From the IMG/VR virus record IMGVR_UViG_3300033076_000328, positions 1 to 46,708 of that record: a DNA stretch of 46,708 nt. The stretch is one strand, 5' to 3'. This document shows, piece by piece, positions 16,684 to 26,153 of this stretch. This DNA comes from a virus (Duplodnaviria; Caudoviricetes). Each line of letters opens with the position of its first letter. The stretch's first letter is position 1. A program made the position numbers and the translations under genes. The notes below the pieces were generated by a model, which saw only the letters and a list, made by a program, of their open reading frames with translations, made no database searches and was not told where the DNA came from.

Positions 16684-16883
16684 CCTTTACCACCAACGGC
16701 AAATCGTTTTTGATCGCCAGTGCCACCCCAAAAATTGTGGGTTACTGGGTCATGCCCGGGGGCACAAAGAGTTGGTACACCAAGTTTGCCGTGTATACAA
16801 AACCCCGCTGGCACGTTCGTAAGATGATGCTCTGGGTATTCGGCTGGGACTGGGAACCCGAAAAAGACACTTGCACGAACTGA
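16680..16883 (+). CDS. Small hypothetical protein (start uncertain)
   Basis: 3' part of ORF 16542..16883 with KPRWHVRKMMLWVFGWDW fills the gap. Confidence 0.4.
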   Translation: MAFTTNGKSFLIASATPKIVGYWVMPGGTKSWYTKFAVYTKPRWHVRKMMLWVFGWDWEPEKDTCTN

Positions 16884-16899
16884 TGTTCGCGTTTAAACT
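16871..16899 (+). promoter_or_regulatory. Sigma70 promoter with CGAAC-N4-GTTCG operator upstream of the LexA-like gene
   Basis: TTGCAC-N17-TAAACT; CGAACtgatGTTCG at 16876-16889; -10 lies in GTTTAAAC. Confidence 0.7.
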
Positions 16900-16925
16900 G
16901 CGCTCCGTCTTTGAAAGGAGCGACA

Positions 16926-17156
16926 GTGACAGAACGCCAAAGAGCGGTTTTGGAGTTCATCCAAGCCTACATCAGAATGAAGGGGTTTGCCCCTTCTTTG
17001 CAGGATGTAGCCACCGGACTGGGGCTACGATCTAAGTCAAATATCCACAGAGTTATCCACGACCTTGAGGATCAGGGTCTCCTGACCCTCGTCCCAAATA
17101 AGGTCCGGACCATCAAACTCCGTGATCGTTCCGTGGAGAAGATGCTCTCTCTATGA
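16926..17156 (+). CDS. LexA DNA-binding-domain-only winged-helix regulator
   Basis: TERQRAVLEFI...GFAPSLQDVATGLGLRSKSNIHRVIHDLEDQGLL; no peptidase domain; GTG start after AAGGAG. Confidence 0.85.
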   Translation: MTERQRAVLEFIQAYIRMKGFAPSLQDVATGLGLRSKSNIHRVIHDLEDQGLLTLVPNKVRTIKLRDRSVEKMLSL

Positions 17157-18655
17157 GTGATCTTCTAACCCGGGATGAGATCAAGCAGTATCTTGCTTTG
17201 CTCGATACGCTACCGGAAGGCTCCCTCGAAATAGAGAAGATCCACACCCTCCTACAGGCAGATAAGCAGGAGCGGTGTAGGCAGAACTTCATGCCGTTCG
17301 TGCGGCAGATGTGGGCTGCATTCATCCCCGGCAAACACCATCAGATCATGGCAGATGCCTTTGAAAGGGTTGCCCGGGGAGAATTAAAGCGCCTGATCAT
17401 CAATATGCCTCCCCGGCATACCAAGTCAGAGTTCGCCTCATACCTCTTTCCTTCTTGGTTTCTGGGTCTGTACCCCGAAAAGAAGGTTATCCAGACCGCC
17501 CACACCGCAGAATTGGCAGTGGGATTCGGTCGTAAGGTCAGGAATCTGGTCGGCTCCAGCGACTATCAGTCCGTCTTCCAGACCAAAATGTCGGCAGATT
17601 CCAAGGCAGCAGGACGCTGGAATACCTCCAAAGGAGGTGATTACTTCGCTATCGGTGTCGGTGGCGCTGTTACGGGTAAAGGTGCCGACCTACTTATCAT
17701 CGACGACCCCCATTCCGAGCAGGAAGCCATGCAAGGCAACCCTGCCGTCTATGACAGGGTCTATGAATGGTATTCCTCTGGTCCCCGGCAGCGTCTCCAG
17801 CCGGGAGGCTCCATAGTGATCGTGATGACCCGCTGGTCCAAGCGAGACCTGACAGGACAAATCCTTAACGCCGCTGCAAAAAAAGATCTGGAAGACTGGG
17901 AAGTCATTGAGTTGCCTGCTCTGCTTCCCTCTGGCAAGCCCCTGTGGGCTGAATTCTGGAAACAAGAGGAATTGGAAGCCATCAAGGCAGAACTCCCGGT
18001 AGGCAAATGGGAAGCCCAATACCAACAAAACCCTACATCAGAAGAGGGAGCCATCATCAAGCGGGATATGTGGCAAATCTGGGAGAACGAACGCCCCCCG
18101 GAGGTCGATTACATCATCCAAAGCTGGGATACAGCCTTTGAAAAGAACAACAGGGCAGACTACTCAGCCTGCACCACATGGGGCGTTTTCTACCGAGATG
18201 TCGATGGGGCAGAGATTGCCAACATCATTGTTTTGGATGCCTTCAAGGAACGGATGGAATTCCCAGAACTGAAGAAGACAGCCTTTGAGTTCTGGAAAGA
18301 ATGGAATCCAGACACCCTAATTGTGGAAAAAAAGGCTGCTGGAGCGCCCCTGATCTATGAAATGAGGAAGATGGGCATCCCCATTTCGGAGTACACACCG
18401 AGCAAAGGGTCGGATAAGATAGCTCGTGTAAACGCCGTGTCAGATCTTTTTGCCTCTGGCATGGTTTGGAGACCCGAAACTCGTTGGGCTGATGAACTGG
18501 TAGAGGAGCTTGCCTCGTTCCCAAACGGCGACCACGATGACTTGGTGGACTCAACAACCCAAGCATTGCTCCGTTTCAGACAAGGCGGCTTTATCAAGTT
18601 GGAATCGGACGAAGTGGAGGGTTCGTTTATGCCCCGTAAGGCGGCATATTACTGA
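17153..18655 (+). CDS. terL: Terminase large subunit
   Basis: LIINMPPRHTKS, LIIDDPH, VMTRW, nuclease SWDTA, IVEKKAAG, HDDLVDSTTQAL. Confidence 0.97.
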   Translation: MSDLLTRDEIKQYLALLDTLPEGSLEIEKIHTLLQADKQERCRQNFMPFVRQMWAAFIPGKHHQIMADAFERVARGELKRLIINMPPRHTKSEFASYLFPSWFLGLYPEKKVIQTAHTAELAVGFGRKVRNLVGSSDYQSVFQTKMSADSKAAGRWNTSKGGDYFAIGVGGAVTGKGADLLIIDDPHSEQEAMQGNPAVYDRVYEWYSSGPRQRLQPGGSIVIVMTRWSKRDLTGQILNAAAKKDLEDWEVIELPALLPSGKPLWAEFWKQEELEAIKAELPVGKWEAQYQQNPTSEEGAIIKRDMWQIWENERPPEVDYIIQSWDTAFEKNNRADYSACTTWGVFYRDVDGAEIANIIVLDAFKERMEFPELKKTAFEFWKEWNPDTLIVEKKAAGAPLIYEMRKMGIPISEYTPSKGSDKIARVNAVSDLFASGMVWRPETRWADELVEELASFPNGDHDDLVDSTTQALLRFRQGGFIKLESDEVEGSFMPRKAAYY

Positions 18656-18663
18656 GGACCGAT

Positions 18664-21054
18664 ATGGAAAAATCACTATATGCACTTCCGGTAGGCATCG
18701 AGGTTGAAGCCGAGATCACCCCAGAGGTCGAAATTGAGATCGAGATGGAGGGTGGTGACGAGCCTGCGGTGGAAATCGAGGTGAACCTGTCGTCCTTTGA
18801 TGAAAACCTAGCCGAGAAGATGCCAGAAGGCGAGCTTCAGGCTCTCTCAGAAGACCTTCTTCAGTTCATCCGAGATGATTTGACCTCCCGAAAAGACTGG
18901 GAGCGCACCTACAAAGAGGGCTTGGACCTTCTGGGTCTGCGAATCGATGAAAGAACCGAGCCTTGGGATGGAGCCTGCGGTGTCTATCACCCCATTCTTT
19001 CGGAATCTGTCGTTAAGTTTCAGTCCGAAACCATCCTAGAGACATTTCCTGCTTCCGGTCCCGTCAAAACCAAGATCATTGGCAAGATTTCCCGGGAAAA
19101 AGAAGAGGCAGCAGCCCGGGTTCAGGATGACATGAACTATGAACTCACCGAAGTCATGGCTGAGTACCGTAGTGAACATGAAAGACTGCTGTGGAACCTG
19201 CCCATCACCGGATCAGCCTTCAAAAAGGTCTACTTTGATCCGAGTTTAAACAGGCAGGTAGCTATGTTTGTCCCCGCAGAGGACATCATCGTCCCCTACG
19301 GAGCTTCTGATCTGCTTTCTGCCCCCCGCATTTCACACAAGATGCGGAAAACTAAGAATCAGATTCGCAAACTTCAGGTGGCAGGGTTCTATCGAGACAT
19401 TGAACTGGCTGAACCCCAGCGCACAACCACCGAAATTGAGAAGAAAAAGGACGAAGAGGCAGGGATCAACATCGTTGATGATGACCGCTACCTGCTTTAT
19501 GAGATCCACATTGACTACGATTTGCCGGGATACGAAGACCCGGACGGTATTGCCCTGCCGTATGTCATGACCATTGCCTCAACGGGCGAGGTTTTGGCTA
19601 TTCGGCGTAACTACCTTGAGGATGATGAAACCCGCCAGAAGCGGATGCATTTCACGCATTACATTTACATCCCGGGTTTTGGCTTCTACGGCTTTGGCTT
19701 GATTCACCTCGTCGGTGGTTTTGCAAAGAGTGCGACATCCATACTTCGACAACTGGTCGATTCTGGCACTCTGTCCAACCTCCCCGGGGGTTTCAAGTCC
19801 AAAGATTTGCGAGTCAAGGGCGACGACACCCCGATTGCCCCGGGCGAATGGCGTGATGTCGATGTAACCGGCATGACGATCAAGGACTCTATCGTCCCGC
19901 TGCCGTACAAAGAACCCAGCGCAACCCTGTACAACCTCCTCAATACCATCGTTGAAGAGGGCAGGAAGTTTGCCTCCGTGGCAGATCTGAAGGTTGGCGA
20001 TATGTCCAACCAAGCCCCGGTCGGTACGACTTTGGCTATTCTGGAGCGCACCCTGAAGGTCATGAGCGCAGTTCAGGCTCGGGTTCATGCCGCAATGAAG
20101 CATGAGTTCAAGCTGATTGCGGGGATCGTCAGGGACTACACCCCAGATACCTATTCTTATGAGGTAGACGCACCCAAAAAGGCGAAAAAGACCGATTACG
20201 ACATGGTGGACATCATCCCCGTGTCTGATCCCAACGCCTCAACAATGGCACAGCGGGTGGTTCAGTACCAAGCCGCTTTGCAATTGGCGTCTTCTGCCCC
20301 GCAGATTTATGACCTACCGCAGCTTCACCGGCAGATGCTGGAGGTTCTGGGGATCAAGAATGTTGCCAAGATCATCCCGATTGAGGACGATCAGAAACCC
20401 ATGAACCCTGTGACGGAAAACATGGCAGCACTGGCTGGTAAGCCCATCAAGGCTTTCCTGTATCAGGACCATGAAGCCCATATCAAGGTCCATGTAAACG
20501 CCATGCAAGACCCCAAACTACAGCAGATTGTGGGTCAGAACCCCAAGGCTCAAATGATTCAAGCCGCCATGATGGCGCATATCAACGAGCACGTTGGGTT
20601 CCAATATCGCATCGAGATCGAGAAGATGCTTGGCGTACCTCTGCCTCCACCGGACGAGCAACTCCCGGAGGACATCGAGGTCGAGCTTTCTCGGGCTGTT
20701 GCCGCAGCATCGGACAAGTTGCTGGCAAAAGATCAGGCAGAAGCCGCTCAAATGCGAGCACAACAAGCCGCTCAAGACCCTGTTATCCAGAATCAGCAGA
20801 AAGAACTGCAAATTCGGGAGGCAGAGGTTATGCGGAAGAAAGCCAAAGACGAGGCAGATATTCAGCTTCGTACCGCCGATCTGGTGGCAAAAGATCAGCG
20901 GGAAAAGGAAAGGATTGCCTCTCAGGAGCGCATCGCCGGGGCAAATATCGGCGCAAAGGTCATGGACGCAGAGAAGTCTTTGGAGTCACAACAACGTATC
21001 GAAGGTCTCAGAATAGGAGCAAACATTGGCGCTAAAGGACTACCTCCTCGATGA
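18664..21054 (+). CDS. Portal protein
   Basis: 796 aa ORF after TerL; GSAFKKVY, GFYGFGL, APVGTTLAILE, Q-rich helical C-terminus. Confidence 0.9.
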   Translation: MEKSLYALPVGIEVEAEITPEVEIEIEMEGGDEPAVEIEVNLSSFDENLAEKMPEGELQALSEDLLQFIRDDLTSRKDWERTYKEGLDLLGLRIDERTEPWDGACGVYHPILSESVVKFQSETILETFPASGPVKTKIIGKISREKEEAAARVQDDMNYELTEVMAEYRSEHERLLWNLPITGSAFKKVYFDPSLNRQVAMFVPAEDIIVPYGASDLLSAPRISHKMRKTKNQIRKLQVAGFYRDIELAEPQRTTTEIEKKKDEEAGINIVDDDRYLLYEIHIDYDLPGYEDPDGIALPYVMTIASTGEVLAIRRNYLEDDETRQKRMHFTHYIYIPGFGFYGFGLIHLVGGFAKSATSILRQLVDSGTLSNLPGGFKSKDLRVKGDDTPIAPGEWRDVDVTGMTIKDSIVPLPYKEPSATLYNLLNTIVEEGRKFASVADLKVGDMSNQAPVGTTLAILERTLKVMSAVQARVHAAMKHEFKLIAGIVRDYTPDTYSYEVDAPKKAKKTDYDMVDIIPVSDPNASTMAQRVVQYQAALQLASSAPQIYDLPQLHRQMLEVLGIKNVAKIIPIEDDQKPMNPVTENMAALAGKPIKAFLYQDHEAHIKVHVNAMQDPKLQQIVGQNPKAQMIQAAMMAHINEHVGFQYRIEIEKMLGVPLPPPDEQLPEDIEVELSRAVAAASDKLLAKDQAEAAQMRAQQAAQDPVIQNQQKELQIREAEVMRKKAKDEADIQLRTADLVAKDQREKERIASQERIAGANIGAKVMDAEKSLESQQRIEGLRIGANIGAKGLPPR

Positions 21055-21196
21055 GCTTCACAAAGAACAACAAGCATTGAAGGATCGCATATCTTTCAAT
21101 GCTGTTGAGGACTACCCCACTTACCGAGAGGCTGTGGGGGAAATCCGAGCTTTCCAACGACTCATAAGAATCATTGAGGACTTACCAGATGAGTAA
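21026..21196 (+). CDS. 56 aa conserved small head-module protein (not in the ORF track)
   Basis: TTG start after AGGAG: MALKDYLLDEL...DYPTYREAVGEIRAFQRL. Confidence 0.6.
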   Translation: MALKDYLLDELHKEQQALKDRISFNAVEDYPTYREAVGEIRAFQRLIRIIEDLPDE

Positions 21197-21542
21197 TTTG
21201 CAACTGCCAGAGCCAAAGGGATACCGAATCTTGATTGCCATTCCCAAAAAGGAAGAAACATTCAAAGATTCGCAAATTGTGATTGCCGAATCTACTCGGC
21301 AGAAAGAGGAAATTGCGTCTATCGTGGGCTTGGTTGTCAAGCTGGGTCCACAGGCATACCAAGACCCTGACAAATTCCCAGATGGTCCTTGGTGTAAAGA
21401 GGGCGACTACATCATCATGCGGTCGTACTCTGGCACGAGATTCAAGATCACCACCCCACAAGGTGATCAAGAGTTTCGCCTCATCAACGATGACACCGTA
21501 GAGGCTGTCATTGCCGATCCCCGGGTACTCACCCGCATATAA
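21189..21542 (+). CDS. groES: GroES-like co-chaperonin
   Basis: PKGYRILI, GLVVKLGPQAY, WCKEGDYI..RSYSGTR, RLINDDTVEAV. Confidence 0.85.
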   Translation: MSNLQLPEPKGYRILIAIPKKEETFKDSQIVIAESTRQKEEIASIVGLVVKLGPQAYQDPDKFPDGPWCKEGDYIIMRSYSGTRFKITTPQGDQEFRLINDDTVEAVIADPRVLTRI

Positions 21543-21551
21543 GGAGCTTTT

Positions 21552-22439
21552 ATGTCCGAAAACAACAACCCGAATGTCGAGATTGAGATCGAGGATGGTC
21601 CCGAGATTGAAATCGTAGACGATACCCCAGAACCAGACCGTGGCAAACCAGAAGCCAAAGGGTCTTTTGAGGTTCCAGACGACGAGATTTCTCAGTATTC
21701 TGAGAACGTCCAAAAGCGTATCCGACAGCTTCGGGCTGTTTACCATGAGGAGCGCCGGGAAAAGGAGCGTCTTGCCCGAGAGCAGCAGGAAGCACTTACT
21801 TATGCCCAGCGTGTAGCCGAGCAAAACCGGCTGCTTCAGGAGCGTCTATCTCAGGGTGAGCGGGTTCTGGTGGAGACCAGCAAAGAAAAGCATGAGGCTA
21901 TCCTTTCTCAGGCAGAACGCGAGTACAAGGAAGCCTATGAGGCTGGTGATACCGAGAAAATGATCGCCGCCCAGAGGAAACTCTCGGAAGCGGTAGTTGG
22001 AAAGCGGGAAATTGAGAATTACCAACACAGGTATCAAGCCCCTTTACAACAATCTGAAATTCCAGTAGAAACCAAACAACAACCGCAAGTTGTTCCTGAC
22101 GAACGGACCCGTCAGTGGGTAACGCAGAACCAATGGTTCAACGAAGACCCAGTAATGAGAGGTGCCGCCTTTGGTATCCATGATCAACTCGTCCAAAATG
22201 GATATGTCGCTGGATCGGACGCATATTTCGAGCAATTGGATGCTCGCATTCGGGATTCATTCCCGCAAAAGTTCAGGTCTGCAAAGCCTGCCGCCAATGT
22301 TGTCGCTCCTGCTTCAAGGAATCCGTCTGGATCTAAAAAGATTACGTTGACGAAAACTCAAGTTGCTATTGCAAAACGGCTGGGAGTTCCCTTGGAAAAG
22401 TATGCTGCTCAAGTAGCGAAGGAGATGACAAATGGCTGA
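21552..22439 (+). CDS. Capsid scaffolding protein (putative)
   Basis: Acidic N-terminus, long coiled coil, C-terminal LTKTQVAIAKRLGVPLEKYA; upstream of the capsid gene. Confidence 0.75.
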   Translation: MSENNNPNVEIEIEDGPEIEIVDDTPEPDRGKPEAKGSFEVPDDEISQYSENVQKRIRQLRAVYHEERREKERLAREQQEALTYAQRVAEQNRLLQERLSQGERVLVETSKEKHEAILSQAEREYKEAYEAGDTEKMIAAQRKLSEAVVGKREIENYQHRYQAPLQQSEIPVETKQQPQVVPDERTRQWVTQNQWFNEDPVMRGAAFGIHDQLVQNGYVAGSDAYFEQLDARIRDSFPQKFRSAKPAANVVAPASRNPSGSKKITLTKTQVAIAKRLGVPLEKYAAQVAKEMTNG

Positions 22440-22866
22440 TCGCACCCCACGAGATCAAGAGACTCGCGAACAAGGTATAAGGAAAAGGGCTTGGACACCG
22501 CCCTCTCTTTTGCCCAAACCCAATAGGGAAGATGGTTATTCGTATCGCTGGATTCGTAAATCGATTCTTGGTCAAGCGGATGACCGCAACATGATGTCCA
22601 AGCAGGATGAAGGATGGGTTCCGGTAAAACGGGAAGATCATCCAGAACTGCAATATCCCGGCAAAACCACTGGTCTTGTCGAGATTGGTGGGTTGGTTCT
22701 CTCCAAAACTCCAACCGAGTTTGTTGAACAACGTGACGAATGGGTCCGTAGCCAGACAGACGCGCAGACGAGGGCTGTAGATGCCAACCTGATGAAGGAA
22801 AACGATCCTCGTATGCCCTTGTTCAGTGATCGTAAATCGACCACAAGCAGAGGCAGGAGATCATAA
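22432..22866 (+). CDS. Conserved head-module hypothetical protein
   Basis: WTPPSLLP...YRWIR...EGWVPV...IGGLVL. Confidence 0.75.
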   Translation: MADRTPRDQETREQGIRKRAWTPPSLLPKPNREDGYSYRWIRKSILGQADDRNMMSKQDEGWVPVKREDHPELQYPGKTTGLVEIGGLVLSKTPTEFVEQRDEWVRSQTDAQTRAVDANLMKENDPRMPLFSDRKSTTSRGRRS

Positions 22867-22876
22867 GGAGTAAGTA

Positions 22877-23485
22877 ATGGCTTATCCGACCGTTGATGCC
22901 CCCTACGGCATGGTTCCTGTGAACCTGCTGGGTGGACAGGTATACGCTGGTCAGACCCGTGAAATGCCCATTGGTCAGAATGAAACCACCGCCATTTTCT
23001 TTGGCGATGTCGTCACTCTGAACAGTGCTGGTAATGTCACCAAGGTCACGACCACGGCTACTGCCACCACCATTGGTGTGTTCCTTGGATGCACCTATAT
23101 CGACCCCAACACTTCTCAGCCGGTGTACAAACAGTACTACCCGGGTGCGATCAATGTTGCGGGTATGCAGGCGTATGTACAAGATGATCCCGATCAGTTG
23201 TACAAAGTCGCCGTGGTTTCCACTGGCACCACCATTGGCAACCTGACCCGAGCCGCCGTTGGTAAGAATGTTTCGCTGGTTCAAAACAGCGGCAACACCA
23301 CCAATGGCAATTCCCGTAATGCTGTCCTGAACACGACCGATACGGAGACCACTCTCCCGATTCGCGTGGTGGACGTTGTTCCCGAGACTGCCGTTGCTGG
23401 TTTTCCGGGTTCTTATACGGAAGTGATTGTCCGATTCAACTTCGGCATCTCTCTGTATGAAAACGCTGAAGGAAGGGGTGCTTAA
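22877..23485 (+). CDS. Capsid decoration / minor capsid protein
   Basis: AIFFGDVV, GVFLGCTY, VQDDPD; immediately upstream of the major capsid gene. Confidence 0.7.
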   Translation: MAYPTVDAPYGMVPVNLLGGQVYAGQTREMPIGQNETTAIFFGDVVTLNSAGNVTKVTTTATATTIGVFLGCTYIDPNTSQPVYKQYYPGAINVAGMQAYVQDDPDQLYKVAVVSTGTTIGNLTRAAVGKNVSLVQNSGNTTNGNSRNAVLNTTDTETTLPIRVVDVVPETAVAGFPGSYTEVIVRFNFGISLYENAEGRGA

Positions 23486-23487
23486 AA

Positions 23488-24396
23488 ATGGCAATCTCTC
23501 GTGCCCAACTACTGAAAGAACTGCTCCCCGGTCTGAACGCTCTGTTTGGTCTGGAATATGAGCAGTATGGTGAAGAACATAAAGAGATTTTCGAGACCGA
23601 AACCTCTGAGCGTTCTTTTGAAGAGGAAACCAAGCTGTCGGGCTTCTCTGCTGCGCCGGTCAAAAACGAAGGCTCTGCCATCGCTTATGACAACGCTCAG
23701 GAAGCATGGACTGCTCGTTACCAGCACGAAACCATCGCTCTTGGTTTCAGCCTGACCGAAGAAGCCATCGAGGACAACCTCTATGACTCTCTCTCGGCTC
23801 GCTACACCAAGGCTCTGGCTCGTGCAATGTCGTACACCAAGCAGGTCAAGGCTGCAAACGTCTTGAACAACGGCTTCTCGTCTACCTACACTGGTGGCGA
23901 TGGAGTTGAGTTGTTCTCGACCGCGCATCCGCTGGTCTCTGGTGGCACGAACTCCAACGAGCCGTCTACCCCTGCTGATCTGAACGAGACTTCCTTGGAA
24001 GCCGCCGTTATCCAGATCGCAGCGTGGACTGACGAGCGTGGTCTGCTGATCGCGGCAAAACCGCGTAAGCTGATTGTTCCTCCGAGCTTGATGTTCGTGG
24101 CTACTCGCCTGTTGGAGACCGAACTCCGGGTTTCTACCAACAACAACGACATCAACGCCCTGAAGAGCAATGGTTCGATCCCGGGTGGTTACACCGTTAA
24201 CCACTTCTTGACCGACACCAACGCTTGGTTCTTGACCACCGATGTGCCCAATGGTCTGAAGCACTTTATCCGTACCCCGCTGTCCACCGGAATGGACGGT
24301 GACTTCGATACGGGTAACGTCCGCTACAAGGCTCGCGAGCGTTACAGCTTCGGCTGGAGCGACCCGCTGGGTATCTTCGGAAGCCCCGGCGCTTGA
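23488..24396 (+). CDS. Major capsid protein
   Basis: MAISRAQLLKELLPGLNALFG, GGDGVELFSTAHP, RYKARERYSFGWSDPLGIFGSPGA; followed by a terminator. Confidence 0.93.
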   Translation: MAISRAQLLKELLPGLNALFGLEYEQYGEEHKEIFETETSERSFEEETKLSGFSAAPVKNEGSAIAYDNAQEAWTARYQHETIALGFSLTEEAIEDNLYDSLSARYTKALARAMSYTKQVKAANVLNNGFSSTYTGGDGVELFSTAHPLVSGGTNSNEPSTPADLNETSLEAAVIQIAAWTDERGLLIAAKPRKLIVPPSLMFVATRLLETELRVSTNNNDINALKSNGSIPGGYTVNHFLTDTNAWFLTTDVPNGLKHFIRTPLSTGMDGDFDTGNVRYKARERYSFGWSDPLGIFGSPGA

Positions 24397-24398
24397 TG

Positions 24399-24432
24399 AA
24401 AAGGGGGAGGACCAAAAATCCTCCCCTTTTTT
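24399..24432 (+). terminator. Intrinsic terminator after the major capsid gene
   Basis: GGGGAGGA-CCAAAAA-TCCTCCCC followed by T6. Confidence 0.85.
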
Positions 24433-24458
24433 GTTTAAACGCAGTATGATTCTGGCAT

Positions 24459-24526
24459 CTAGGATTTCCACTCTTACCGAACTGACCTAGCAGACTTTGT
24501 AGAGACGGTAAGAGGATGTGCTACAA
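24459..24526 (+). ncRNA. Compact double-pseudoknot-like RNA element
   Basis: CTCTTACCG/CGGTAAGAG stem; CTAGG/CCTAG and TTGTAG/CTACAA crossing pairings. Confidence 0.55.
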
Positions 24527-24541
24527 CACGAAAGGTTGATC

Positions 24542-25081
24542 ATGGCAATTTCTACTTTTGACGGTCCCATTCGGTCTTTGGGCGGTATCTACCAGCAAGG
24601 ACCAGCTTCTATCGTTACCGTCACCTCCAGCACGACTCTCAGTCCCACCGTTCATGGCGGTCGGATTATTGCTGTTGGTGGTACTTTGGCTTCCAACGTG
24701 GTGCTGACGCTCCCTGCAATCAACACCTCTTCCAATCCGATTACTTCGGGTCCGGGACAAGACCCGAACACCCTGAACAATCTTGGCGTTGTTTACACGA
24801 TCTGGGTTCCGACCACGATTGCAACCAGCAGCCTGAAGATTGGCACCAACGGCACTGACAAGTATTTCGGCACCATTTTTGGCATTGATACTGACAGCAG
24901 CAATGCTTTGGTGGCTTACACCGCTCAAACGGACAACGACTTCATCAACTTCAATGGCGGCACCACCGGCGGCGTTATTGGAAGCTGGGTTCGTATTTTT
25001 GCGCTTGCCGCAAACAAATACATGGTTGAAGGTGTTGCGCTTGGAACTGGCACTGTAGCTACTCCGTTTGCGAACTCGTAA
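24542..25081 (+). CDS. Putative minor capsid / head fibre protein
   Basis: T/G-rich beta protein, LTLPAI, NGGTTGG, ATPFA. Confidence 0.7.
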   Translation: MAISTFDGPIRSLGGIYQQGPASIVTVTSSTTLSPTVHGGRIIAVGGTLASNVVLTLPAINTSSNPITSGPGQDPNTLNNLGVVYTIWVPTTIATSSLKIGTNGTDKYFGTIFGIDTDSSNALVAYTAQTDNDFINFNGGTTGGVIGSWVRIFALAANKYMVEGVALGTGTVATPFANS

Positions 25082-25093
25082 TAGGAGGCTGAA

Positions 25094-25405
25094 ATGGCTT
25101 CCATGCAATATGACGTATTAGCGTCAAAGCCGCGCACGACCGATGGTCAGATGAAGGACCAGAACGACAACGACCTCAAGCGTTGTCGGATCAAGGCTGT
25201 GTATGGCATCTCTGGGGCTGTTGCTGGCTCTGTTGTCTTTCGGGACGGCGGGGCAAGCGGTCCTATCCTGATGACCATGAACTCTCCTACGGCAGCAAAC
25301 TCGGGAACCTTTTGGTTGCCGATGCCCGGGGAGGGTATTTTGGTTGAGACAGACCTGTATGTGGACCTGACGGATGTTGCGTCCATCATGGTGATATACG
25401 GGTGA
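25094..25405 (+). CDS. Putative small virion decoration protein
   Basis: RIKAVY...VVFRDGGASG...PGEGIL...VIYG. Confidence 0.7.
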   Translation: MASMQYDVLASKPRTTDGQMKDQNDNDLKRCRIKAVYGISGAVAGSVVFRDGGASGPILMTMNSPTAANSGTFWLPMPGEGILVETDLYVDLTDVASIMVIYG

Positions 25406-25409
25406 TCTC

Positions 25410-26153
25410 ATGCAGTCAGAAGCCTCTTTCGACCTGCATGGCAAGAAACTGTTCATCGGGTTGCCAGCCTATGACTTCAAGGTCTCGGTCAAGTTAGCTA
25501 TCGCGCTTGCCGAGTTCTGTGTCAAGGCGCAGCAGCACGGTATTCAGATTCAGATGTCCAACGTCTCGGGATGCTCTGTGGTGTCCCGGGTGCGTAACAT
25601 CATCGCCAACGAATTCCTTGAGTCGGATGCCGAGCATCTTCTGATGATCGACTCCGACATGACCTTCCAAGCTGATGACATCATTCGTCTTCTGGCATGG
25701 AGTCAGACCAAGCCTATCGTGGCAGGCGTAGGGGCTGCTCGGAAGAAAGAGAAGGTCTACTTCTCTTCTCTCGATCAGGATGAAAACGGCAACATCTTCA
25801 TGGACAAAATGGGTCTGGTGCGCGTCCTGCGGGTCGGCACTGGATTCATGATGATCCAGCGCAAGGTGTTTGAAGTTCTTCGGGATGCCAATCCTGACTG
25901 GAAATACATGGATCAGAACACCGGGAAGGTGCTTCAGTCCTTCTTCGATTTCAAATCCACTCCTGACGGGTATGTCGGAGAAGACTATGTCTTCTGTGAT
26001 CGCGCCCGGGATCATGGGTTTACTGTCTGGGTAGACCCAACCATCAAGCTCGGGCACATGGGTGTCCATGAGTTTGAAGGCTCTTTTGGCGAAGATTTTC
26101 TTTACCCGCTGCTCAAGCCGCTGGAAGAAGAAAGGAAGGTTGCCAATGGTTAA
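25410..26153 (+). CDS. GT-A fold (GT2-like) glycosyltransferase
   Basis: RNIIANEFL, LLMIDSD (DxD), GTGFMMIQR, GEDYVFC, DPTIKLGHMG. Confidence 0.85.
   Translation: MQSEASFDLHGKKLFIGLPAYDFKVSVKLAIALAEFCVKAQQHGIQIQMSNVSGCSVVSRVRNIIANEFLESDAEHLLMIDSDMTFQADDIIRLLAWSQTKPIVAGVGAARKKEKVYFSSLDQDENGNIFMDKMGLVRVLRVGTGFMMIQRKVFEVLRDANPDWKYMDQNTGKVLQSFFDFKSTPDGYVGEDYVFCDRARDHGFTVWVDPTIKLGHMGVHEFEGSFGEDFLYPLLKPLEEERKVANG

Noticed and set aside
23509-24471. Long antisense ORFs (also 3355..3957, 10705..11328, 25494..26213, 36121..36762)
   Set aside because: Shadows of strongly codon-biased genes on the opposite strand; no RBS or motifs
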